DNA from: Candidatus Altarchaeum sp. | Lineage (GTDB): Archaea > Altiarchaeota > Altiarchaeia > Altiarchaeales > Altiarchaeaceae | Reading direction: 5' to 3' | DNA length: 64,000 bases | NCBI GenBank assembly: GCA_018260615.1 | Contig: JAGWDQ010000053.1 | Location: 1,286-65,285, forward strand | Shown here: positions 49,117 through 56,804 of the stretch, one piece after another | Layout: each line of letters begins with the position of its first letter | How positions within the stretch are numbered: the first letter of the stretch is position 1 | Notes under the pieces: model-generated | The model's input: only the letters and a program-made list of their open reading frames with translations | Database searches by the model: none | Told to the model about the DNA's origin: nothing | Translations under genes and position numbers: made by a program

Positions 49117-49122
49117 ATATTT

Positions 49123-49170
49123 TTCACATCTTTGTGCCTTTGTGTCTCTGTGTGAGAATGTAATAAAACA
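49123..49170. repeat. cacaaag-type repeat fragment
   Basis: ttcacatctttgtgcctttgtgtctctgtgtgag directly after the GxxExxY stop. Confidence 0.7.
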
Positions 49171-49207
49171 AGAATCATAAAGTTTATAAAAAAATAAAAA
49201 ACAAATT

Positions 49208-50251
49208 ATGGAAAATAATTCAAGAAAAAAGGAACACATAAGACATGCTTTACACGAAAATGTAGAACATGGAAGTGCCGGATTTGAAAAAATTTTGTTA
49301 AAGCATAAAGCACTTCCCGAAATTGACTTTGACGAAATAAATTTGGAAACAAATTTTCTTGGAAAACAACTAAAATTTCCAATAATAATTGAAGCAATTA
49401 CAGGCGGATTTGACGAAGGGGGAAAAATCAATGAAATCCTTTCTGAAACTGCATCCGAATTCGGAATCGGATTTATGGTTGGAAGTCAAAGACCTATGCT
49501 TGAAAATTTCGCATTAGCAGAGACATATAAAATTTTAAAACATCCTCCGCTCATTATCGGAAATATCGGTGCGGTTCAGCTAAATTACGGAATAACTTAT
49601 GAAGATTGTATGAAAGCAATAAATTACATTAAGGCAGATGCTCTCGCTTTTCATCTGAATCCTTTGCAGGAATGTTTTCAGCCCGCAGGAAACAGAAATT
49701 TTAAAAATTTAAAGAAACAAATAAATGAAATTTCATCAAAGCTAAGAATTGCAGGGATAAAGGTTATCGTAAAAGAAGTAGGAGGGGGATTAAATTATGA
49801 TGATGTCGCAAATTTGGAGGTGGATTGTCTTGATGTTGCCGGTTTTGGCGGAACAAACTGGGCGATAATTGAAGGAAAAAGAGCTCCGAATAAGCCAGCA
49901 GGGACTTTTTACAACTGGGGAATTCCGACCATTGAATCCGTCAAAAGCATTAGAGCTTTGAAAGACAAAAGAAATTTAGAGCTCGTTGCAAGCGGCGGGA
50001 TACGGAATGGTACTGATGCGGCAAAGTGCTTTGCATTAGGTGCTGATGTGAGCGGAATGGCTCTGCCGTTTTTAAGGGAAATTTATAAAGATGACGAAGG
50101 AAAAATTTCGGACAGCATAAACAAAGAAATAGCAAAACAAAATTTAAGGAAATTTTTAAATAAATTTATTGAAGAGTTGAAGATTGCGTTATTTCTGACG
50201 GGAAGTAAGAATATTAAGGAGATAAAGGGAAAATATTCTGTAAAGGAATGA
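49208..50251 (+). CDS. fni: isopentenyl-diphosphate delta-isomerase, type 2 (FMN-dependent)
   Basis: SRKKEHI N-terminus, VKEVGGG, GFGGTNWA, ASGGIRNG motifs. Confidence 0.9.
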   Translation: MENNSRKKEHIRHALHENVEHGSAGFEKILLKHKALPEIDFDEINLETNFLGKQLKFPIIIEAITGGFDEGGKINEILSETASEFGIGFMVGSQRPMLENFALAETYKILKHPPLIIGNIGAVQLNYGITYEDCMKAINYIKADALAFHLNPLQECFQPAGNRNFKNLKKQINEISSKLRIAGIKVIVKEVGGGLNYDDVANLEVDCLDVAGFGGTNWAIIEGKRAPNKPAGTFYNWGIPTIESVKSIRALKDKRNLELVASGGIRNGTDAAKCFALGADVSGMALPFLREIYKDDEGKISDSINKEIAKQNLRKFLNKFIEELKIALFLTGSKNIKEIKGKYSVKE

Positions 50252-50282
50252 AACGGCTAAATTTAGCTAAATTTAAATAAAT

Positions 50283-50436
50283 CAGAAGAATACTCACACA
50301 TACTGAAACCTTCGGTTTCAATCTTTAAAAAACTACAAGTTTTTTAAAAAGCCACAAAGCCACAGAGCAACATTGCCCTTTGTGTCTCCTTGTCTTGGTG
50401 TGAGAGAACAATAAAACGAACTTTCCTGTACGATAA
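50283..50436. repeat. mosaic hairpin repeat cluster
   Basis: cagaagaatactcacacatactgaaaccttcggtttcaatctttaaaaa, gccacaaagccacagag, cctttgtgtctccttgtcttggtgtgagagaacaataaaacgaactttcctgtacgat (reverse complement of 15049-15090). Confidence 0.85.
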
Positions 50437-50448
50437 ATAAATTTTTGT

Positions 50449-50484
50449 CCGGGTCATTTGGCAATCAGCCCGGTAAAATCCGGG
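50449..50484. terminator. two overlapping GC hairpins sharing a CCCGG arm, T-run on + and A-run on -
   Basis: CCGGG(50449)-N15-CCCGG(50469)-taaaat-CCGGG(50480)-tttt; 3 nt from the stop of the minus-strand ORF 50487..50717. Confidence 0.4.
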
Positions 50485-50486
50485 TT

Positions 50487-50717
50487 TTATATGTATCCTT
50501 TTATGTTCTTATGAGGAGGGAGTATTCCTGTAATGTTATTGCCTTCGGGTTCCGGTGATGAGGCATCGTCGCCTTCATAATCATCCTCTTCAATATCTTC
50601 ATACATAGAATTCATCGCACTTTCTATATTGTCTAATTTTTCCTCAATATTCTTCAATTTTTTTCCAATTTCTTCAAATTTATTCAGAACCTTTTTTTGA
50701 AATTCTTCTTCTTTCAT
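50487..50717 (-). CDS. small acidic coiled-coil protein (76 aa), hypothetical
   Basis: ORF only; last gene of a minus-strand run with pdaD. Confidence 0.35.
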   Translation of the reverse strand: MKEEEFQKKVLNKFEEIGKKLKNIEEKLDNIESAMNSMYEDIEEDDYEGDDASSPEPEGNNITGILPPHKNIKGYI

Positions 50718-50774
50718 TTTTTTATAGTTTATTTGTAGTTTAAATTAAATTTAATAAAAATTCAGATATAAATT

Positions 50775-51317
50775 TTATGGAACAAATACCGCAGTAGCAA
50801 TCACCGTTGTCCACAGTCCGTTTTTATCAACTTTTGCCGATTGTGTAATGTTCGTTGTTTTCACAATTTTTCCGCTCATCTTCCAGATTTCCTTCTTCTC
50901 GTCGTAATTTTTATTTACATCAAATTCAATTCCGAGCGTTGAAGCGAGCATTGAGGCAGCTAAATCCTCGGCATATTCTCCGGCTGATTCGTCTGTCTGT
51001 CCGTAAGAATGATGCTCACTTAAATAACCATAAGTTGTGCGGTCGGCCGGAACAGCGCATCCGACAGAAGCGGCAATCATCCTGTTCGGTTCATTGGAAG
51101 AATTCCTGGACATTACTACAAAAACAATTTGTCCGGGCATTAACTCCTTTAAGCCATCTTCACTTGAAACAATTTTGCATTTCGGGGGCAGAATACTTGA
51201 CACAGTTACAAGATTAAATTTTTCTATTCCCGCATCCCGCAACGCCGCTTCAAAAGACGCAAGCTGCTCTTTAGCCCTTCCAACCCCCTTTGTAAAAAAT
51301 ACTTTTCTCGGTACCAA
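50775..51317 (-). CDS. pdaD: pyruvoyl-dependent arginine decarboxylase
   Basis: [14 protein letters not shown]-terminus and the VSSILP self-cleavage region. Confidence 0.9.
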   Translation of the reverse strand: MVPRKVFFTKGVGRAKEQLASFEAALRDAGIEKFNLVTVSSILPPKCKIVSSEDGLKELMPGQIVFVVMSRNSSNEPNRMIAASVGCAVPADRTTYGYLSEHHSYGQTDESAGEYAEDLAASMLASTLGIEFDVNKNYDEKKEIWKMSGKIVKTTNITQSAKVDKNGLWTTVIATAVFVP

Positions 51318-51333
51318 TTTAAAAATTTAACAT

Positions 51334-51810
51334 TTAATGCAAATTTACATTTACCGAAGATGTGTTTGATAAGGTAAAATTTATCGCTTTATCTTCGTAT
51401 TTTATTTCTGCATATAGAGGATAATCGCCGGCATAATATGCTCTTCCGCAGCCATGTGTGCATTGAGGTGCAGTTACGTTGTAATTGAACGTTGTTGTGC
51501 CTTCTGTCAAATTCAAAATTTTTACATTGTCTATTAAATTACTTCCCTGTCTTGATGCAATTCCATACACACGAAGAGAAACATTATCTACATTCATATT
51601 TGACTTAACCGTAACATTAAAATTTATCAGTTCATTTGCCGTGTAACTCGGCTTTTCCAGAGAAATGTTTTCAACAGTTAAATTTAAATTTTTCATATTG
51701 CTTGTACTCATATTGCCTGTTTGTTCAACGCATCCGCTCAATAAGAACATTGCTATAATTGCCGCACTGATGCCTATACCCACACCTAATGATATAATTC
51801 CTTTTTTCAT
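51334..51810 (-). CDS. putative lipoprotein / secreted protein
   Basis: N-terminal hydrophobic segment followed by the lipobox-like LLSGC. Confidence 0.5.
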   Translation of the reverse strand: MKKGIISLGVGIGISAAIIAMFLLSGCVEQTGNMSTSNMKNLNLTVENISLEKPSYTANELINFNVTVKSNMNVDNVSLRVYGIASRQGSNLIDNVKILNLTEGTTTFNYNVTAPQCTHGCGRAYYAGDYPLYAEIKYEDKAINFTLSNTSSVNVNLH

Positions 51811-51850
51811 TTTGTTTGTCTTGTTTTTGATGTTATTTATTAAAATTTTG

Positions 51851-51896
51851 TTTTTAAATTAAGATTTTTAAATTAAGATGTTTTTAAATTAAGATG
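51851..51896. repeat. 15-16-bp tandem repeat x3 (tttttaaattaagat)
   Basis: read directly in the divergent intergenic region. Confidence 0.8.
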
Positions 51897-51979
51897 CTCA
51901 AACTTAAACTTTAATAATTATCAATTATCCGAAATATTTTTTAATAATTTAAATTTATAAGAATTAACTTTAACATAAG

Positions 51980-52582
51980 GTGGCATTCAAAAAGGACTAC
52001 ATCTACGAAGTAATCATAGAAATTGATACGGGAGGTGAAAAAAATTTTGCTCCGATGGGAATGAAATATCTCGGAACAAAAGACGGAACGAAAAAATTTG
52101 AAATTTCTGTATTTAAAGGCACAAACACGGCACGCCTTTTGACTGAAAATTTAAATAAAAATCCGACCGATAAAAGAAATTTCACATTTGCATGTATTTG
52201 GACATCTGATATGGATTGCTTTTATGAGTGCATCACAAAAAAATTTTCCGGTGAATTTATCCGCAAAACTGAAAAATTTCCGAAAGTTGTGTTTAAAGCG
52301 GAAAAGATTGATGATTCGGGGGAGAAATTAAGGATAACCTGTGCAACTGCTATGGAAAAAAGGACCGAAAGAAAAATTGAAAAAAATCTGCTCAACAGGG
52401 CAAAATACCTTACATTGGAAGCATTAATTTGTTACACAAAGCCAATAAGTTATGATGCGAAAAAAAACAAAATTTCCGAAATGTTGAGAGTAATAAAGAA
52501 GGTTGCTCCGGATTCGGAATATGAAAGAAATGTCTCTGATTTGCTGATGAATATTGATGATAAGATAAATATAAACAAATAA
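51980..52582 (+). CDS. DUF447-like protein
   Basis: YIYEVIIEIDTGGEKNFAPMGMKY resembles the DUF447 N-terminal pattern; GTG start. Confidence 0.5.
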   Translation: MAFKKDYIYEVIIEIDTGGEKNFAPMGMKYLGTKDGTKKFEISVFKGTNTARLLTENLNKNPTDKRNFTFACIWTSDMDCFYECITKKFSGEFIRKTEKFPKVVFKAEKIDDSGEKLRITCATAMEKRTERKIEKNLLNRAKYLTLEALICYTKPISYDAKKNKISEMLRVIKKVAPDSEYERNVSDLLMNIDDKININK

Positions 52583-52644
52583 AGGGCTAAATTTATAATT
52601 CATAATGAAATTTTATATGTTAAATTTTAGGTTAATAAAATAAC

Positions 52645-53292
52645 ATGGATAATAATGTTAATGCACATAAGGACAAGGCAGATGTAAGACAAATGGAATA
52701 TATCTTCTCAATTAAGCCCGAAACATTACGGGCTCTGATTATAAAGAAACATGAGAAATTTTTGGAGAATTACAGAAAGGACCTGGGAGGTGTGAAAGAA
52801 AAAAGGGGGCAGGAAGTTTTATTAAAAAAAATGGTTGAAATTTTGCCCGACAAAACAGACCTGCTGGATTACTGGAGCAAAGATCTTGAAGAAAATTTAA
52901 ATAAAGTAAGCGATGACGCACTTGCACAGGAGATAAGAGAAAAAATTACAAAATTTAAAAAGGAAAAACAGGATTCCGAAATAGAGTTTCAGATGAAACT
53001 GAGCGAACTGGAGGAAATAGAAAAAGAAATAGACAAAAACGATATGCAAAACAGGGAAGAATGGCTGGCAGGAAAGGTTGAATCACACGAAAAATCACTG
53101 AACTTCTGGAAAATTTATAAGACAGATGAAGAGAAAAAGGCAGATGATGAAATAAAAAAGAAAGAAGAGTTAGCAAAAAAGGCAGAGGAAGAAAGAAAAA
53201 GAAAGGAGTCGGAGAAAAAGGCAGAGGAAGAAAGAAAAAGAAAGGAGTCGGAGAAAAAAGTAACAAAAAGAAAATTGAAGGTAAAAAAATAA
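52645..53292 (+). CDS. Lys/Glu-rich coiled-coil protein with an internal 39-bp x2 repeat
   Basis: AEEERKRKESEKK duplicated (53182-53259). Confidence 0.4.
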   Translation: MDNNVNAHKDKADVRQMEYIFSIKPETLRALIIKKHEKFLENYRKDLGGVKEKRGQEVLLKKMVEILPDKTDLLDYWSKDLEENLNKVSDDALAQEIREKITKFKKEKQDSEIEFQMKLSELEEIEKEIDKNDMQNREEWLAGKVESHEKSLNFWKIYKTDEEKKADDEIKKKEELAKKAEEERKRKESEKKAEEERKRKESEKKVTKRKLKVKK

Positions 53293-53407
53293 GGCTCTTA
53301 TTTTTAATAGCGTGAGGTTGCTGTAAAATTTCAAAATATTTGCCCATTATCACGGATTTGTAAATATGAGCCGAGCCAAAAAATTTAAATAAAATTGGGT
53401 TTAAGGT

Positions 53408-54289
53408 GTGAAAATGGAAGAAAATCAATTAGTGTTAAGCACAGAGAGTATCAAAAGTAAAATTTATACGATAAGGGACATACAAGTGATGCTTGATAAA
53501 GATTTAGCTGAACTTTATAGTGTAGAAACAAGAACTTTAAATCAGGCTGTTAGGAGAAACATTGAACGGTTTCCCGAAGATTTTATGTTTTCACTAACAA
53601 GAGAGGAGATAAGGAACTTATCACAATTTGTGATAGGTTCAAAAATAAAGCATGCTCCCAACGTATTTGTTTTTACAGAGCAGGGAGTAGCTATGCTGTC
53701 GGGTGTCTTGAAAAGTGATACTGCTACAAGAATTAATATTCAGATAATGAGGGCGTTTGTCTCCATGAGAAAATTTATCTCCTCAAACACATGGATAGTT
53801 CACCGATTAGAAAGTGTAGAAGAAAAACAAATTGAATACGATAAAAAGTTTGAACTGGTATTTGATGCAATACAAAGCAAATACATCAAGCCGGAAAAAG
53901 GCATATTTTTTGACGGCCAGATATTTGACGCATACAAATTCGTTTCGGATATAATCAGAACCGCTGATAAATCATTGGTCCTCATTGACAATTACATTGA
54001 TGATTCGGTTTTGACGCTGTTTAGCAAGAGAAATAAAAATGTGCGGGTTACGATATTCACCAAAGATGTCTCCAAACAATTATCACTTGATTTGGCTAAA
54101 TACAATTCGCAATATCCGTCTGTTGAAGTAAAAGAATTTAAGCAGTCCCACGACCGATTTCTCATAATAGACGATAAAGAGGTGTATCATTTTGGAGCAT
54201 CATTAAAGGATCTGGGTAAAAAATGGTTTGCATTTTCAAAATTTGACAAAGAAGCGTTTAATCTGCTTGATAAACTGGGGCTGAAATGA
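53408..54289 (+). CDS. ORF6N-domain protein with a C-terminal PLD-like (HxR variant) region
   Basis: IYTIRDIQVMLDKDLAELYSVETRTLNQAVRRNIERFPEDFMF (ORF6N); C-terminal SHDRFLIIDDKEVYHFGASLKD resembles HxK-x4-D-x6-GSxN. Confidence 0.7.
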   Translation: MKMEENQLVLSTESIKSKIYTIRDIQVMLDKDLAELYSVETRTLNQAVRRNIERFPEDFMFSLTREEIRNLSQFVIGSKIKHAPNVFVFTEQGVAMLSGVLKSDTATRINIQIMRAFVSMRKFISSNTWIVHRLESVEEKQIEYDKKFELVFDAIQSKYIKPEKGIFFDGQIFDAYKFVSDIIRTADKSLVLIDNYIDDSVLTLFSKRNKNVRVTIFTKDVSKQLSLDLAKYNSQYPSVEVKEFKQSHDRFLIIDDKEVYHFGASLKDLGKKWFAFSKFDKEAFNLLDKLGLK

Positions 54290-54375
54290 AATCAAAAATT
54301 AAAACAAAACAAAATTCAAAAATACATAAAATTTTAATAATAAGTTAAATTTCATATATTATAATACAATTAAAA

Positions 54376-55296
54376 ATGAATGAACCCGAGTTAAAGGAAA
54401 AATTAAATTTGCTGCGCGATGAAATCGGAATGAAAAGTAAGGAAATTAAGGATAATTATGACGATATAAATTTTTGTCGCGATGGAATAGCAAAGGCAAA
54501 AGATGCAAGGAATCAGCTTCAGGAAGAAATCAGGAAAAAGCTTGAAGGAATGGATGACTTCAAAAAAAAGAAGGATGCAAGTAAAACAATACTGGATGAC
54601 TTAAAAAATCAGAGGGGGCATTTAATAAACGAATCAAAGGAATTAGCAAAGATAGTAAAAGAAAAAAAGATAGAAAGGGACTCGCTTAACAAACTCTCAA
54701 GAGCACCGTATGGTATCCTTGAAGAACATCTGGAGAAAACCTATGAAAAATTATTGACTTATGATATATCCGTTGATTATGAAAAGGACTTATTTGACAG
54801 GATATTTCAGCTGAGGGAAAGAGTAATAAAAGCGAAAAATGCCAACGACGCACATATTACAGTTACGGAAATTTATAACTCGTTAAAACAGATAGACGGC
54901 AAAATTATTGATGTTCAGACAAAATTAACGGATGAATGGACAAATTTAAAGAAAATGTATGACAGCGTGAAGGACGCTTATGAAAGTATAAAAAAAATGA
55001 GGGAAAGTGCTGATGTGCAGCACGAAATTGTTCTTCAGAATTACGCAAAATTAATTCAGCATAAAGATATAGTTGCCAAATTAAGAAACGAAATACAGCA
55101 GATTGACGGGCAGATGACTCTGCTTGAAGAGGACCTGGAAAAAATAAAGGCAGACAAAGAAAAAGCAAAAATGAAGGAAAAATACGAAGAGGTTAAGACA
55201 AAACTCTCAGGTAAGAAACACAGATTTACACTTGATGAAATGCGGATTTTGATGGGAGCGGGAGGAGAAGTCGGAATAAGTGAGAAAACAGTATAA
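54376..55296 (+). CDS. archaeal coiled-coil protein (306 aa)
   Basis: heptad-rich sequence throughout; directly upstream of pheS. Confidence 0.45.
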   Translation: MNEPELKEKLNLLRDEIGMKSKEIKDNYDDINFCRDGIAKAKDARNQLQEEIRKKLEGMDDFKKKKDASKTILDDLKNQRGHLINESKELAKIVKEKKIERDSLNKLSRAPYGILEEHLEKTYEKLLTYDISVDYEKDLFDRIFQLRERVIKAKNANDAHITVTEIYNSLKQIDGKIIDVQTKLTDEWTNLKKMYDSVKDAYESIKKMRESADVQHEIVLQNYAKLIQHKDIVAKLRNEIQQIDGQMTLLEEDLEKIKADKEKAKMKEKYEEVKTKLSGKKHRFTLDEMRILMGAGGEVGISEKTV

Positions 55297-55310
55297 CATA
55301 AAATTTGAAA

Positions 55311-56789
55311 ATGGATTTCAATTTTCATCCGAACGAGCTCAAAATTTTAAAAATTTTGGAAGGAAAGCAGAATATTAAGGAAATTTCGGAAAGGGCAAAT
55401 TTAAACATAGATGCAGTAGCGAGAACGATCGACTGGCTTAAAACAAAAAATTTAGTTAATGTTGAGGAAAAAATTCAGGCATTTGTTTTTCTGAATGACG
55501 AAGGAAAGGAATACTTAAATGCGGGACTTCCGGAAAGACAAATATTAAATTTAATGAAAGCAAAAAATATTTCTGAAATAAATATTGATGACTTAAACAA
55601 AATCATAAATGAAAACAACCTCAAAGTTAATGTAAATCTGACAATCGGATGGCTTCGGAAAAAGAAACACATTACCTTTAAAGATAAGGTTATGGCAATT
55701 TCCGATTTCGCTGTGCAGGATGATGAAATTTTATTGAAATGTCTTGACGGAAATGACTTAAGTATGCTCACAAGTGCGAAAAGAAAAAGTTATGAAATTT
55801 TAAACAGCAGGAAAATACTTAACCTGAAGGAAACAAAAGAAATTTTTGCCTCGCTGACAGATGAAGGAAGAAAGGTTAAGGAAAATATTGCCGACTTAAA
55901 GGAGCAAATTTCCCAACTGACTCCCGAAATGCTCGCAAAAAAATCATGGAAGGGTGCGGAATTCAGAAAATACGATGTCAATGTCTTCGTTGAGCCGCAA
56001 TATCCTGCAAAATTTCACCCCCTGACAAATTTAATAAACCAGATAAGGGAAATTTTTGTCGGAATGGGATTCAAAGAGATGCAGGGAGATTTAACTGAGC
56101 CGACATTCTGGGATTTTGATGCGTTATTTCAGCCGCAGGACCATCCCGCAAGAGATATGCAGGATACATTTTATCTGAAAAATTTTAAGGGTGAAATTTA
56201 CGGGTTTGAGAAATTTAAGAATGCAGTAAAGGATGCACACGAAAAGGGATGGAAATATAAATGGAATGAAGAAGAGGCAAAAAAATTTATTCTTCGCACA
56301 CACACAACTGCTGTTTCCGCACATTATTTAACTACGCTCAAAAAACAGGACTTGCCCGCTAAAATTTTTACCATCGGAAAGGTATTCAGGAATGAGACAA
56401 TTGACTTTAAACACCTTCCGGAATTTTATCAGGTTGAGGGAATTATCGTCGGCGAAGATGTCAGTTTCAGGAATCTGCTTGGAATATTAAAAAATTTTTA
56501 CAATTCGCTTGGATTTGAAAAAATCAGATTCAGGCCGGGATACTTTCCTTATACGGAGATGAGCGTTGAGCCGGAAATTTATCTTGAAAGCAAAGGGCAG
56601 TGGATGGAACTGGGAGGGGCTGGAATTTTCAGGCCCGAGGTTGTTAAGCCATTGCTCGGATTTGAATGTCCCGTATTGGCGTGGGGACTGGGATTAGACA
56701 GGATTGCTGCGTTACGGCTAAATTTAAGCGATATCAGGGATTTATATATTAGCGATATTGAGTGGCTGAGGAAGAATAACAAAGGATAA
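55311..56789 (+). CDS. pheS: phenylalanyl-tRNA synthetase alpha subunit (archaeal type)
   Basis: HPARDMQDTFY, LRTHTT, FRPGYFPYTEMSVE, LAWGLGLDR motifs. Confidence 0.9.
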   Translation: MDFNFHPNELKILKILEGKQNIKEISERANLNIDAVARTIDWLKTKNLVNVEEKIQAFVFLNDEGKEYLNAGLPERQILNLMKAKNISEINIDDLNKIINENNLKVNVNLTIGWLRKKKHITFKDKVMAISDFAVQDDEILLKCLDGNDLSMLTSAKRKSYEILNSRKILNLKETKEIFASLTDEGRKVKENIADLKEQISQLTPEMLAKKSWKGAEFRKYDVNVFVEPQYPAKFHPLTNLINQIREIFVGMGFKEMQGDLTEPTFWDFDALFQPQDHPARDMQDTFYLKNFKGEIYGFEKFKNAVKDAHEKGWKYKWNEEEAKKFILRTHTTAVSAHYLTTLKKQDLPAKIFTIGKVFRNETIDFKHLPEFYQVEGIIVGEDVSFRNLLGILKNFYNSLGFEKIRFRPGYFPYTEMSVEPEIYLESKGQWMELGGAGIFRPEVVKPLLGFECPVLAWGLGLDRIAALRLNLSDIRDLYISDIEWLRKNNKG

Positions 56790-56804
56790 AATTAAAAATT
56801 TAAT

